NCBI GenBank assembly: GCA_963707915.1
Contig: OY970178.1
Coordinates: 2,688,001-2,752,000, forward strand
Source of the DNA: Candidatus Eiseniibacteriota bacterium
Lineage (GTDB): Bacteria > Eisenbacteria > RBG-16-71-46
Direction: 5' to 3'
Length of the DNA: 64,000 nucleotides
Shown: positions 18,579 to 29,429 of the stretch, in pieces
Layout: every line of letters begins with the position of its first letter
Position numbering within the stretch: the stretch's first letter is position 1
Program-made: the position numbers and the translations under genes
The notes under the pieces: generated by a model
The model's input: only the letters and a program-made list of their open reading frames with translations
What the model was told of the DNA's origin: nothing
The model's database searches: none

Positions 18579-21038
18579 CTACGCCCCCGACGTGGGCGCG
18601 CCCGCGGCCCCGCGGCGGGTGGAACGCCGCGCCAGCGCCCAGCCGAGTCCGCCGAGCGCGAGCAGCGCCCAGGCGCCCAGCGCCGCGCGGGTCACGGGCA
18701 CGGCCACGCCCATGCCCGGAGACGCGTAGCGCATCTCGACGCGGTGCCGCCCCGCCGGGACGGGCAGGCCGCGGACCAGCAGGTTCGTGGGTGAGATCGG
18801 GACCGGGCGGCCGTCCACCCACGCGCTCCATCCCGGGTGGTGGCTGTCGGCCACGACGAGGAACGCCCGGTCGGGGGCCGAGGTCTCCAGCTCGAGCCGC
18901 TGCGGGTCGTCGCGGAGCCAGCGGATGGCGCACGCGCGCGAGCCGGGGTACGAGCCGGCGACGGTGCCGTCCCAGGTCACCGCGACCGCGGTGGGGTCGA
19001 AGCCGGGGTGCGCCATCGCCCGGGCGGCGGCGTCCGGGTCGGGCAGGGCCACCACCAGCGGCACGGCGTAGGCGCGGCCGAGCGCACCCGGGAGCGCGTA
19101 GACGTCCTCGTGCGCGTCGCCCGCGACGCGGGTGAACCCGGGCGCGGGCGTGCCGCGGTCGACGTCGATCCAGCTCACGCCCCAGGCCCGCAGCGCGGTC
19201 TGGTAGCGCGTGAGCTGGTTCGCCATCACCGGGCCCCACGCGGCCGGGAACGCGCCGAGGTTGCCGGTCAGGCAGCGCGTCCGCCAGCTCACCCAGAAGT
19301 TGGTGTAGGCCTCGGCGTAGTTGAGCCCCACGTAGCGCGGGTCCACCACCGGCCGCGTGGCCCCGGCGTAGACGCGCTCGCCGCGCGGCCCGGCGACGCG
19401 CGCCAGCGCGGGCGGCGCGGGCGGCTGCACGGCGTGCGCGGGCGCGGTGGCGCGGTACAGGCCGGGCACGCCGACCCAGGCCAGGTCGAGCGCCAGCAGC
19501 GCCAGCAGCGCCGGCCGCGCCCAGCGGCGGGCGGCCCGCGCGGCCGGGAGCAGCGCGAGCGCCAGGGCCACCCACGCGGCCTGCAGCGCGAGGTCGAGCC
19601 CCGCCCAGCGCGCGGCGAGCCGCGCGGCCGCCGGGTCGAGGCCCTCGCGCGTCACGACCGCGAGGTCCGCGTAGGCGCCCGCGAGCGGGAACGCGATCGC
19701 CAGGCCGAGGAGCCCCGCGACCCCGCAGGCGAGGAGCGCCGCGCGCGCGGCCCGCCCGGGCCCGGCCGGCCGCGGCGCCGTGGCGCGCGCGAAGCCCCGG
19801 GCGGCGAGCAGCGCGAGCGCCAGGACCGCGACGAAGACCACGTACGAGGGCGAGCGGAACCTGCTCCAGAACGGCATGTGCTCGTGCAGCAGCCGGAACA
19901 CCGGCCCGAGCCGCGCGCCCAGGGTCAGGGCCAGCGCGGCGGCGAGCACGCCCCACCAGAAGAGCGGCTGCGCCGCCCTCCGCCCGGGCTCGCGCCGCAG
20001 CCCGAGCAGCGCGAGCAGCACCGCGACGGCGCCGAGGTAGGGCGCGTAGGCCGCCACCTGGATGCCGCCCCAGTAGGTCGCGCCGCCGAAGCCCACCGCC
20101 TGCGGCCACACCAACGAGAGCAGGTCGCGCCACGCCAGGCTGTAGCGCGCGACCACCCCGGGCGCCACGCCCGAGGCCGCGCTGGCGCCGCGCGACGAGA
20201 GCCCGCTGTAGAGCAGCGCGGGCCACCAGGTCGCGGTGCCGATGGCCGCGCCCAGCGCCGCCGCGCCGGCCCAGGGCAGCAGCCGCGCCCAGCGCCGCCG
20301 TGACCAGGCCTGCTGCAGCGCGAAGACCACCAGCAGGTCGGCGGTGTAGACCAGCGCCTGCGGGTGCCCGTGCAGCGCCTCGATGCCGAGCGTGATCGCG
20401 AGCCCCGCCGCGCCCGCGACCACCACGCCCGCGCCCTCGCCCGCGACGATCGCCCAGGTGGCGAGCACCGCCACGGGCAGCAGCGCGTTGGTCACGACCT
20501 GGGCGTCGAAGCCGAGGGTCCAGGGGAACAGCAGTGGCGAGGCGAGCAGCCAGACCAGGCCGGCCGCGAGCGCGCTCCAGGGGTCGAGGCGCCACAGCGC
20601 GCAGGCCAGCGTCGCCACCGCGAGCGTGCCGGCCAGCAGCGCGAGCAGCATCCACAACTGGGGCGAGGCGGCCGGCTCGTGCAGGCGCTCGGCCAGGTCG
20701 AGCAGCGGGTCGGGCAGGTACTGCGGCCGCGGGTCGGCGAAGCTGGCCACCGACTCGAAGCCCAGGAAGACGTAGGGGTTCCAGTAGGTGCGCTCGTGTG
20801 CCTCGTGCCAGCGCGCGCGCGAGAACTCCGCGAACGGCCGGAAGAAGGCAGCGTCGCCCTGGGCGAAGCGCTGGCCGAGGAAGAGCTGCGGGAAGAAGAG
20901 CAGCGCCCATGCGAGCGTGAGCGCGAGCGCGGCGGCCGCCCAGGCCCGCGGGGGATGCCGCGGCGGCGGGGGGGCAGGGAGCGGGTCGTGATGCTGCGCC
21001 CGGGCCCCGTGGTCGCGCGTCCGGCGTGTTCGTGCCAT
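18579..21038 (-). CDS. YfhO-family polytopic membrane protein (putative GT-C glycosyltransferase)
   Basis: [44 protein letters not shown]...[16 protein letters not shown]; many TM segments; GAGG RBS. Confidence 0.8.
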   Translation of the reverse strand: MARTRRTRDHGARAQHHDPLPAPPPPRHPPRAWAAAALALTLAWALLFFPQLFLGQRFAQGDAAFFRPFAEFSRARWHEAHERTYWNPYVFLGFESVASFADPRPQYLPDPLLDLAERLHEPAASPQLWMLLALLAGTLAVATLACALWRLDPWSALAAGLVWLLASPLLFPWTLGFDAQVVTNALLPVAVLATWAIVAGEGAGVVVAGAAGLAITLGIEALHGHPQALVYTADLLVVFALQQAWSRRRWARLLPWAGAAALGAAIGTATWWPALLYSGLSSRGASAASGVAPGVVARYSLAWRDLLSLVWPQAVGFGGATYWGGIQVAAYAPYLGAVAVLLALLGLRREPGRRAAQPLFWWGVLAAALALTLGARLGPVFRLLHEHMPFWSRFRSPSYVVFVAVLALALLAARGFARATAPRPAGPGRAARAALLACGVAGLLGLAIAFPLAGAYADLAVVTREGLDPAAARLAARWAGLDLALQAAWVALALALLPAARAARRWARPALLALLALDLAWVGVPGLYRATAPAHAVQPPAPPALARVAGPRGERVYAGATRPVVDPRYVGLNYAEAYTNFWVSWRTRCLTGNLGAFPAAWGPVMANQLTRYQTALRAWGVSWIDVDRGTPAPGFTRVAGDAHEDVYALPGALGRAYAVPLVVALPDPDAAARAMAHPGFDPTAVAVTWDGTVAGSYPGSRACAIRWLRDDPQRLELETSAPDRAFLVVADSHHPGWSAWVDGRPVPISPTNLLVRGLPVPAGRHRVEMRYASPGMGVAVPVTRAALGAWALLALGGLGWALARRSTRRGAAGAPTSGA

Positions 21039-21338
21039 GTGTCCTCGCCCCCGCTGGGTGTGCCGCTGCTCCTCCGTCCGCCCGCATGGGCGGGTGACTC
21101 GAGGGCCGCAGGTTGCCACGCGGGGCACGCGCTCGCCAAGGGCGAATGCGCCCGGGGCGAGTGCGCCCCCGCGGGCGCCGCGGCGTGGACGCTGACAGCC
21201 GGACCGGATAAGGTGCCGGTTCGTCGTGGCGGCCCCACGGGGCCGTCCCGTCGCGGCGCGCCGCAGCGCGTCCGCGAGCGTCACGGACGCTCCGCGCGGG
21301 ACCCGGGAGGCCGGGTCCGCCGGAGCCGCGGAGGTCGG

Positions 21339-22826
21339 ATGAAGGTCAGCATCACGCGGGACTTCCCGCGCACGTTCTGGACCGCGAACGTGATGGAGCT
21401 GTTCGAGCGTGCGGCGTACTACGGCCTCATGTCCGTGCTGGCCATCTACCTGACCGGCAGCAAGTCGAGCGGCGGGCTGGGGTTCACCGAGTCGGCGGTC
21501 GGCTTCCTGCAGAGCATCGTCTACGCCGCGACCTACATCATCCCGATCCTCGGCGGCGCGCTGGCCGACTGCTACGGCTACCGGCGCATGCTGCTGTTCG
21601 CCTTCTCCCTGCTGGCCACCGGCTACTTCGCGGCGGGGCACATGTCGGCCTACGCGCCCGTGTTCCTGGCGCTGCTGCTGATGGCCACCGGCGCGGGGCT
21701 CTTCAAGCCCATCATCTCCGGGACCATCGCGCGCACCACCGACGAGCGCACGTCGGCCATCGGCTTCGGCATCTACTACTGGATGATCAACCTGGGCGCG
21801 TTCCTGGCGCCGCTGGTGGTGAGCATCCTGAAGGGCTTCTCCTGGCAGGCGGTGTTCACCGCCTCGGCGGCCTACACCGCCGCCATGCTGATCCCGGCCA
21901 TCTTCTTCTTCCGCGACCCGCCGCTGCCCGAGAACCGCAAGACCTTCAAGGAGATCCTGGGCGGGGCGGCCGAGGTGCTGAGCGACTCGCGCTTCGTGCT
22001 GATGATCGTCGTCTACTCCGGCTTCTGGGTGCTCTACTTCCAGAACTTCGGCTCGGTGCTCTGGTACCTGCGGGACTTCGTGGACCGGGAGCCGGTCAGC
22101 CGGGTGGTCACGGCGTGGTTCGCGGCGGCCGGCCTGCCCTGGAAGTTCGTCTTCGACGCCGAGCATGTCACCGTCATCAACGCCGGCATGATCATCCTGC
22201 TCCAGGTGCTGGTCAGCCGCATCGTGCGCGACCGGCCGGCGCTGCCCACGATGGTGGCGGGCATGGTGCTCGGCGGCCTGGGGTTCGTCTGCCTCGCCAT
22301 CTCGCAGAGCCCGTGGATCCTGATCCTCGGCATCGCGATCTTCTCGATCGGCGAGATGACGGCCCACCCCAAGTACTACTCGTTCGTCGGGCTGGTCGCG
22401 CCGCAGGACCGCAAGGCCGTCTACATGGGCTACTCGTTCCTCTACGGGATCCTGGGCTCGCTGCTGGGCTCCAACATCGGCGCCTTCATGTACGAGCGCA
22501 TCCTCAAGCCGGCGATCGGCATGCCCGAGGCCGGCGCGCGCGCCCGCCTGTTCTGGCTGATCTTCGCCGCCCTCGACGTGGTCGCGATGTTCGGTCTCGT
22601 CGCGTTCAACCGCGCCTTCGGCCGGGACACGCCCGAGACGCGGCGCGGCGCGACGAAGGTGATGGTCGGGGTCTACGCCGGCATCCTGCTGCTGGGCGTG
22701 ATGTTCCTGGTCTACGCCTTCGGCTCGCGGCCGCCGCAGTACCGGACCGCGGTGCAGTCGGTCATCTTCCTGGCGCTGGGCGGCGGTGGGTTGGTGATGA
22801 ATCGCAGGAGGAAGGCGGCGGCGTGA
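21339..22826 (+). CDS. MFS transporter, POT/PTR-like
   Basis: MELFERAAYYG (ExxER motif), GGALAD, GLFKP, YWMINLGAF, FSIGEM; at least 12 TM segments. Confidence 0.88.
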   Translation: MKVSITRDFPRTFWTANVMELFERAAYYGLMSVLAIYLTGSKSSGGLGFTESAVGFLQSIVYAATYIIPILGGALADCYGYRRMLLFAFSLLATGYFAAGHMSAYAPVFLALLLMATGAGLFKPIISGTIARTTDERTSAIGFGIYYWMINLGAFLAPLVVSILKGFSWQAVFTASAAYTAAMLIPAIFFFRDPPLPENRKTFKEILGGAAEVLSDSRFVLMIVVYSGFWVLYFQNFGSVLWYLRDFVDREPVSRVVTAWFAAAGLPWKFVFDAEHVTVINAGMIILLQVLVSRIVRDRPALPTMVAGMVLGGLGFVCLAISQSPWILILGIAIFSIGEMTAHPKYYSFVGLVAPQDRKAVYMGYSFLYGILGSLLGSNIGAFMYERILKPAIGMPEAGARARLFWLIFAALDVVAMFGLVAFNRAFGRDTPETRRGATKVMVGVYAGILLLGVMFLVYAFGSRPPQYRTAVQSVIFLALGGGGLVMNRRRKAAA

Positions 22827-23089
22827 TCGAGGTCCGACCCGGGACGGCGGCCGAGGAGGCCGCCGTCCCGGGGCGGACGGCCTGCGCGGCGCTGGGCGAG
22901 ACGGTGGTCGTGGTGCTGGGCCACCCGCGCTACGACCCGCGCTTCGGCTTCGTGCCGGCCGCGACGAAGGGGCTGCGTTGCGGGTATCCTGTGCCCGACG
23001 ACGTCTTCATGGTCACCGAGCTGGTCCCGGGCGGCCTCGCCGGGCGCACCGGCCTGGTGCGGTATCGCCCGGAGTTCGCGCGGGCCTGA
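22823..23089 (+). pseudogene. Internally deleted YhbS-like GNAT acetyltransferase
   Basis: GTGA overlap with the MFS gene. N-terminus VIEVRPGTAAEEAAV joins directly to the C-terminal VVVLGHP.Y.PRFGF...FMV.EL...G.VRY.PEF. The acetyl-CoA motif A is absent; 88 aa. Confidence 0.65.
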
Positions 23090-23118
23090 GCGGCGCGGCC
23101 CCGGGCGGGAGAGGGACG

Positions 23119-23931
23119 ATGGACCGACACGACACCATGACGCGCCTGTTTGGCGCGCGCCGCGCGCTGATCGGCATGATCCACGTGGGCGCGTTGCCGG
23201 GCACGCCGCTGGCCGGAGCGCCGCTCGAGCGCGTGGTCGAGACCGCGGTCGCCGAGGCGCGGGCCTACCGCGACTGCGGCTACACCGCGCTGATGATCGA
23301 GAACATGCACGACCGGCCCTACCTCAAGGGTGCGGTTGGTCCCGAGATCGTGGCGGCGATGACGGCGGTGGGACGCGAGGTCCGCCGCGAGGCGGCGCTG
23401 CCGCTGGGCGTGCAGGTGCTGGCGGGGGCCAACCGCGAGGCCGTCGCCGTGGCGCTGTCGTGCGGCGCGACGTTCGTGCGGGCCGAGGGCCTGGTCTTCG
23501 CGCACGTCGCCGACGAGGGCCTGATCGAGGCGTCCGCCGGCGAGTTGATGCGTTACCGGCGCTCGCTGGGCGCCGAGCCGGTGCGCGTCTTCGCCGACGT
23601 CAAGAAGAAACACTCCGCGCACGCGCTCACCGCCGACGTGGACATCGTCGAGACCGCCCGGGCGGCGGAGTTCTTCCTCGCCGACGGCGTGGTCGTGACC
23701 GGGCCGGTCACCGCGCGCGCGGCCGACACGGCCGAGGTCGAGGCGGTGGCGGCCGGCGTGGGCATCCCGACCTTCGTGGGCTCCGGGCTCACGCCGGCCA
23801 ACCTCGCGGCCTACCCGTTGGCCGACGGCTTGATCGTGGGCTCCTTCGTCAAGCGGGACGGGCTCTGGTCGAACCCGCTCGACGGCGAGCGCGCCCAGGC
23901 GGTGGCCGCCGCGTTCCACGCGCTCCGGTGA
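23119..23931 (+). CDS. BtpA/SgcQ family TIM-barrel protein
   Basis: IGMIHVGALPGTP, IENMHDRPY, GVQVL, HVADEG, FADVKKKHS, DGVVVTG, VGSG, IVGS..K.DG.W.N. Confidence 0.92.
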   Translation: MDRHDTMTRLFGARRALIGMIHVGALPGTPLAGAPLERVVETAVAEARAYRDCGYTALMIENMHDRPYLKGAVGPEIVAAMTAVGREVRREAALPLGVQVLAGANREAVAVALSCGATFVRAEGLVFAHVADEGLIEASAGELMRYRRSLGAEPVRVFADVKKKHSAHALTADVDIVETARAAEFFLADGVVVTGPVTARAADTAEVEAVAAGVGIPTFVGSGLTPANLAAYPLADGLIVGSFVKRDGLWSNPLDGERAQAVAAAFHALR

Positions 23932-24842
23932 GCGCCGACCTCGTCTGCCTCGGCAACCTGGTCGTGGACGACGTCGTGTTCCTCGACGGCGCGACGCGCA
24001 TGGGCGAGCCGGGCGGGGCGATGCTCTACGCGGCGCTGGGCGCGGTGGTGTGGGAGACGGAGGTGGCGGTGGTGGCGCCGCTGGGCGACGATTACCCGGC
24101 CCGCGCGCTGCACGCACTCGAGCACCGCGGCGTGGACCTCGGCGGACTGCGCCCGCTTGGACGCCCGGGGCTGCGCGCGTGGCTGCTCTACGAGCCGCAG
24201 GCGCGCCGCATCGTGCACCGGCTGGGCTCGGCGAACCACGTGGAGGCCTCGCCCGCGCCGGGCGACGTCGAGGACCGCTACGCCGGCGCGCGCGCCTTCC
24301 ACCTCTCGCCCACCCCGCTGGTCTGCCAGCGGCCGCTGATCGAGACGCTCGCGTCGCGCGCGGGGGCGCTGCTCTCGCTCGACCCGCACGACCCGGTGCG
24401 CGAGGACAGCCTCGGGCGCTGGCGCGAGGCGCTGGCGCTGCTGGACGTGTTCTTCGTGAGCGAGGAGGAGCTGCAGTTGGACGGCGTGGCGGCCGACCCG
24501 CGGGGCGCGATGGCGCGGCTCGCCGGCGGGCGGCTGCGCCACGTGCTGCTGAAGCGCGGCGCGACCGGCGGGCTGCTGTACGATGCCCACACGCAGGAGA
24601 CGCGCGCCTGGGAGGCGCGCGCGACCCGGGTGGTGGACCCGACCGGTGCCGGCGACGCGTTCGCGGGCGGGTTCCTCTCGGCGCTGCTCGCGGGCGAGGA
24701 CGCGGCGGGCGCGCTCGAACGGGGCGTGGTGTCGGCGTCGTTCGCGATCGAGACGTGGGGGGCCGCGGGGCTGATCGCGGCCACGGCGGCGGACGCCCGG
24801 CGGCGCCGCGCGGAGTGGTACGGCACGAAGGGGGAGGCATGA
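23928..24842 (+). CDS. PfkB/ribokinase-family kinase (candidate pseudouridine kinase)
   Basis: GNLVVDD, PGG..LYAALG, KRGATG, DPTGAGDAFAGGF; 4-bp overlaps with both neighbours. Confidence 0.88.
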   Translation: MSADLVCLGNLVVDDVVFLDGATRMGEPGGAMLYAALGAVVWETEVAVVAPLGDDYPARALHALEHRGVDLGGLRPLGRPGLRAWLLYEPQARRIVHRLGSANHVEASPAPGDVEDRYAGARAFHLSPTPLVCQRPLIETLASRAGALLSLDPHDPVREDSLGRWREALALLDVFFVSEEELQLDGVAADPRGAMARLAGGRLRHVLLKRGATGGLLYDAHTQETRAWEARATRVVDPTGAGDAFAGGFLSALLAGEDAAGALERGVVSASFAIETWGAAGLIAATAADARRRRAEWYGTKGEA

Positions 24843-25753
24843 ACGATCGGCTCACGCTCTCGGACGAGGTCGCGCAGGCGCTGCGCCGCCTCCGGCCGGT
24901 GGTCGCGCTCGAGACCACGCTGGTCACGCACGGCCTGCCGCACCCGCAGGGGCTCGAAGCCGCGCTGGAGCTGGAGGACGTGGTGCGCGCGGGCGGTGCG
25001 GTGCCGGCCACCATCGGTATCCTCGACGGCACGGTACGCGTGGGGCTGGCGCGCGCGGAGCTGGAGCGCCTCGCCACGACGCCGGGGGTGGCCAAGGTGA
25101 ACCCCGGCAACCTCGCGGCGGTGGTCGCCGCGGGCGCGCTCGGCTCGACCACCGTGGCCGCCACGATGTTCGTCGCGGCCGAGGCCGGGATCCGCGTGTT
25201 CGCGACCGGGGGCATTGGCGGCGTGCACCGCGACGCCTCGACGAGCGGCGACGTCTCGGCCGACCTCGTCGCGCTGGGACGCTTCCCGGTGGCGGTGGTG
25301 TGCGCGGGCGCCAAGGCGATCCTCGACCTGCCGCGCACGGTCGAGATGCTCGAGACGCTGGGCGTGCCGGTGCTGGGCTTCGGCACCGACGAGTTCCCGG
25401 CCTTCTACCGGCGCGGCAGCGGCCAGCGCGTGGACCGGCGCTGCGACACGGTGGACGAGCTGGCGGGGGTGGCGCGCGCGCACTGGGAGCTGGGCCTGGG
25501 CACCGGCGTGCTGGTCGGCAACCCCATCCCCGAGGCCGACGAGCTGCCGCGCGAGGCCTACGAGCGCGCGCTCGAGGGCGCGCTGGCCGAGGCCGCGCAG
25601 CGTGGCGTGCACGGCCGCGAGGTGACGCCGTTCCTGCTCGACCGCCTGCGCGAGCTGAGCGGCGGCGCGACGGTGAAGGCGAACCTCGCCCTGCTGCGCG
25701 ACAACGCGCGCGTGGCCGCCGGGCTGGCCCGGGCGCTGGCGCGCGAGGGGTGA
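24839..25753 (+). CDS. psuG: Pseudouridine-5'-phosphate glycosidase
   Basis: VVALETTLVTHGLP, VPATI, TTVAATM, FATGGIGGVHR, DVSADL, AGAKAILDLP.T.E.LET, VTPFLL. Confidence 0.96.
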   Translation: MNDRLTLSDEVAQALRRLRPVVALETTLVTHGLPHPQGLEAALELEDVVRAGGAVPATIGILDGTVRVGLARAELERLATTPGVAKVNPGNLAAVVAAGALGSTTVAATMFVAAEAGIRVFATGGIGGVHRDASTSGDVSADLVALGRFPVAVVCAGAKAILDLPRTVEMLETLGVPVLGFGTDEFPAFYRRGSGQRVDRRCDTVDELAGVARAHWELGLGTGVLVGNPIPEADELPREAYERALEGALAEAAQRGVHGREVTPFLLDRLRELSGGATVKANLALLRDNARVAAGLARALAREG

Positions 25754-25783
25754 GCGCCGCCCGCGCCCGCAGCGGGCGTTGAC

Positions 25784-26639
25784 GTGGCCCTCGCGCCCGC
25801 CCTGCACGTCGCGCTGCGCTACCTCGGCGCCGCCGCGGCCGCGACCGCGGTGCAGCTCGGGCTGCTGCTCGGGCCGGGGCTCCTGCTCGCCGCGCTGATG
25901 CACGCGCTCTCGGCGTTCCTCGAGCGCCGCACCGGGCGGCTGATGGGGCGCGCGGCCTACATGATCGTTCGGCTGGCTCGGGACCGTGGTGCACGAGAGC
26001 GGACACGCCGTGCTCTGCCTGGTGTTCGGGCACCACATCACCGGCGTCAAGCTGTTCGACTTCGCCCCGACCGACGGCACGCGCGGCCACGTGAAGCACA
26101 CCTTCGACCCCGCGAACCCGTGGCAGCAGGTCGGCAACTTCTTCATCGGCATCGCGCCGATCCTGTCCGGCACGCTGGCGATCGTGCTGGCGGCGCGCTG
26201 GTTGCTGGGCGCCGAGGCGCTGGCGCGGCTGGCGGAGCCGCTGCCTGGCGACGGGCCGTTGCGCTCCGCGGGCGACTGGCTGGGGCTGGCGTGGCACGTC
26301 GCGTACGGCGCCGGGGCGGCGCTCGCGGCCCTGTTCGAGCCGCAGCGGCTGATGGGCTGGCGTCCGTGGCTGCTGCTCTACCTGACGCTCGCGGTCGGCA
26401 GCTCGATCTCGCTGAGCGGCTCCGATCTCAAGGGCGCGCTCGCGGGCTTCGCCACGCTGGTGCTGCTGGTGCTGGTCGCCAACCTCGCCACCCTCTGGCT
26501 GGGCGACGTACTCGGCTCCGGTGCGGCCTGGCTCGCGCGCTGGCAGGCGGTCGGCTACGCCGCGATGCTGTTCGCGCTGGCGGTGAACGGGATCCTGGCG
26601 CTGGTCGTGGCGCTGATCCCCGCTCGTCGCGCCGCCTGA
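25784..26639 (+). pseudogene. Membrane HExxH protein (peptidase M50B-like), frameshift near 25967 (real or sequencing error)
   Basis: Frame 1 ...GRAAYMI joins frame 2 FGWLGTVVHESGHAVLCLVFGH...GNFFIGIAP...LSGSDL. Confidence 0.65.
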
Positions 26640-26777
26640 GGGCCGCGCTCGCGTCCGCTTCGGCCGCGCCGGTGGGATTCCGCGCGCGATCGGGCGGCCC
26701 TTCACAACTCCCTGCGCTCCCCGAGTGTCTCATCGGGCGTCGATCCCATCCGTTCAACGCTCCCCGGGGGTGAAGCC

Positions 26778-29429
26778 ATGCGTCGCGTCCTGTTCCTGAC
26801 GTTCTTGCTCCTGCTGGGCCTGCCCGGCGCCGCCTTCGCCGGCATCCGGCCCAACACCGGCGACTCGCTGCCGCCCATCCACGCCGTGCGGCTCACCGCG
26901 CCGGTGACCATCGACGGCGCGCTGACCGAGCCCGACTGGCAGCGCGCGCCCGCCTCGAACCAGCTCGTGCAGGGCGATCCCATCGAGGGCATCGCGGCCA
27001 GCGAGAGCACCTGGGTGTGGCTGGCCTTCGACGAGCAGGCGCTCTACGTGGCCGCGCGGATGTGGGACTCGCGTCCCGACTCGATCATCGCGAACCTGGT
27101 GCGGCGCGACGGGCTGGTGCCCTCGGATCGTTTCCTGATCCTGCTCGACCCCTACCACGACCACCGCGGCGGCTACTACTTCAGCGTCAATGCCGCAGGC
27201 GTGCTGCGCGACGGCACGCTGGAGAACGACGTCTGGAACAACGAGGCCTGGGACGGCGTCTGGGAGGGACGCGCGCGGCGTGACGCGCAGGGCTGGACCT
27301 GCGAGCTGCGCGTCCCGTTCTCGCAGCTGCGCTACCGCGCGGGGGCGGAGCAGGTCTGGGGCGTGAACCTGCGGCGCCGCATCGAGCGGCGCAGCGAGGA
27401 GGACTACACGGTCTACTCGCCGAAGAACGGCAGCGGCTACGTCTCGCGCTTCGCACACCTGGTGGGGCTCGAGCCCGGGACGCGCTCGCGCTCGCTCGAG
27501 CTGGTGCCCTATTCGACCGGGAAGGCGGAGTACCTGGCGCACGCCGCCGGCGACCCGTTCCGCGACGGCGGCCGCTACACGCCCACGGCGGGCGTCGACC
27601 TGCGCACCGGCGTCGGCAACAACCTGACGCTCAACGCCACCGTGAACCCGGACTTCGGCCAGGTCGAGGTGGACCCGGCGGTGGTGAACCTCTCCGACGT
27701 CGAGTCCTACTTCAGCGAGAAGCGCCCGTTCTTCACCGAGAACTCCAGCATCTTCTCGAACTTCGGCCAGGAGGGCGCCTCGAGCTATTGGAACTTCAAC
27801 TGGTCCAACCCGTCGTTCTTCTACACCCGCCGCATCGGCCGCGGCCCGCAGGGCCCGGTGCCCGCCGGCGCGGAGTTCAGCGACGTGCCGATGGCGACGC
27901 ACATCCTCGGCGCGGCGAAACTGACCGGGAAGCTGGCGCCGGAGCTGAGCTTCGGCATGATGAACGCCGTCACCTCGCGCGAGGACGCGCGCTACGCGCG
28001 GGGCGGGCTCGAGTCGCGGGCGCAGGTCGAGCCGCTCACCTACTACGGGGTCACGCGCGGGCTCAAGGAGTTCAAGGGTGGCGCGAACGGCCTGGGCGCG
28101 ATGCTCACGCTGGCGCAGCGCCGCCTCGACGACGGCGGCCTCGCGGACCGGCTGAACCGCCAGTCGTTCGCGGGCGGCCTCGACGGCTGGCACTTCCTCG
28201 ACAAGGACCGCGTGTGGGTGCTCTCGGGCTGGGCGGCGCTGACGCGGGTGGCGGGCACCCCGGCACGGATGATCGCGGTGCAGCGCAACTCGCAGCACTA
28301 CCTGCAGCGGCCGGACGTGGACTACCTCGGCGTGGACAGCAACGCCACCTCGCTCACGGGCTGGGGCGGGCGGCTGGTGCTGAACAAGGAGAAGGGCAAC
28401 GTGATCTCCAACGCCTCGATCGGCGCGCTGAGCCCGAAGTTCGACGTGGCCGACGTCGGGTTCCTCTCCCGCACCGATGTGATCAACACGCACGCCGGCC
28501 TGGGCTACAAGTGGACGAAGCCCAACGGCTGGCGCCGGTACGCCGACGTGCTCGGTTCCGTGTTCCAGACCTACGACTTCGGCGGGGTCATCGTCTGCCA
28601 GGGCGCCTGGGGCAACGGCGAGGCCACCTTCGCCAACAACTGGTACGCGAGCCTGAGCGGCGCCTGGAACCCGCCCATGACGCTCGACCGGTGGTCGCGC
28701 GGCGGTCCGCGGATGCGCACCCCGCACCAGTTCGAATCGAACTTCTTCCTCAACACCGACAGCAGGAACCGGTTCTACTACGAGCTGGGCGCCTACGCCA
28801 GCGGCTCCTCCGACGGCGGCTCGCAGAGCGCGTCGCTCAACCCGTACGTGGTGTGGAAGCCGGCCTCGAACTTCACGCTCTCGGCCGGGCCGGGCTACGA
28901 CCACGCCATCGCGGATGCCCAGTTCGTGGCGCAGGTCGCGGCGCCGGGCGAGGTGCCCGAGGGGTTCGGCGGGCTGCGCTACGTCTTCGCGCGGCTCGAC
29001 CAGCGGACGGTGTCGGCGAACCTCCGCCTCGACCTGTCGTTCACGCCGAATCTCTCGCTGCAGGCCTACCTGCAGCCGCTCATCTCGGCGGGCGCCTACG
29101 GCGACTTCAAGGAGCTGGCGCGGGCCGCCTCGTACGAGTTCATCCACTACGGCGCCGCCTACGATCCCGCGACCGGCACCGTGTCGCCCGCCGGCGGCAC
29201 GCCGTTCGGGCTGAGCGACCCGTCGTTCAACGTCAAGTCGCTCCGCGGGAACGCGGTGCTGCGCTGGGAGTACCGGCCGGGCTCGGTGCTGTACGTGGTG
29301 TGGACGCAGGAGCGCAGCGACTACGAGCCCGACGGCGGGCTGCGCTTCGGCCCGTCCACGCGGCGGCTGTTCGACGCGCAGGCGAACGACATCTTCATGG
29401 TGAAGGCCACCTACCACCTGAACCTGTAG
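26778..29429 (+). CDS. CBM9-like + DUF5916 secreted/outer-membrane protein, copy A
   Basis: Signal peptide; IDGAL.E..W, T.VW.A.D...LYVAA, GWTCELRVPFSQLRY, NATVNPDFGQVEVDP..VNL...E.YF.EKRPFFTE; ends KATYHLNL. Confidence 0.88.
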   Translation: MRRVLFLTFLLLLGLPGAAFAGIRPNTGDSLPPIHAVRLTAPVTIDGALTEPDWQRAPASNQLVQGDPIEGIAASESTWVWLAFDEQALYVAARMWDSRPDSIIANLVRRDGLVPSDRFLILLDPYHDHRGGYYFSVNAAGVLRDGTLENDVWNNEAWDGVWEGRARRDAQGWTCELRVPFSQLRYRAGAEQVWGVNLRRRIERRSEEDYTVYSPKNGSGYVSRFAHLVGLEPGTRSRSLELVPYSTGKAEYLAHAAGDPFRDGGRYTPTAGVDLRTGVGNNLTLNATVNPDFGQVEVDPAVVNLSDVESYFSEKRPFFTENSSIFSNFGQEGASSYWNFNWSNPSFFYTRRIGRGPQGPVPAGAEFSDVPMATHILGAAKLTGKLAPELSFGMMNAVTSREDARYARGGLESRAQVEPLTYYGVTRGLKEFKGGANGLGAMLTLAQRRLDDGGLADRLNRQSFAGGLDGWHFLDKDRVWVLSGWAALTRVAGTPARMIAVQRNSQHYLQRPDVDYLGVDSNATSLTGWGGRLVLNKEKGNVISNASIGALSPKFDVADVGFLSRTDVINTHAGLGYKWTKPNGWRRYADVLGSVFQTYDFGGVIVCQGAWGNGEATFANNWYASLSGAWNPPMTLDRWSRGGPRMRTPHQFESNFFLNTDSRNRFYYELGAYASGSSDGGSQSASLNPYVVWKPASNFTLSAGPGYDHAIADAQFVAQVAAPGEVPEGFGGLRYVFARLDQRTVSANLRLDLSFTPNLSLQAYLQPLISAGAYGDFKELARAASYEFIHYGAAYDPATGTVSPAGGTPFGLSDPSFNVKSLRGNAVLRWEYRPGSVLYVVWTQERSDYEPDGGLRFGPSTRRLFDAQANDIFMVKATYHLNL

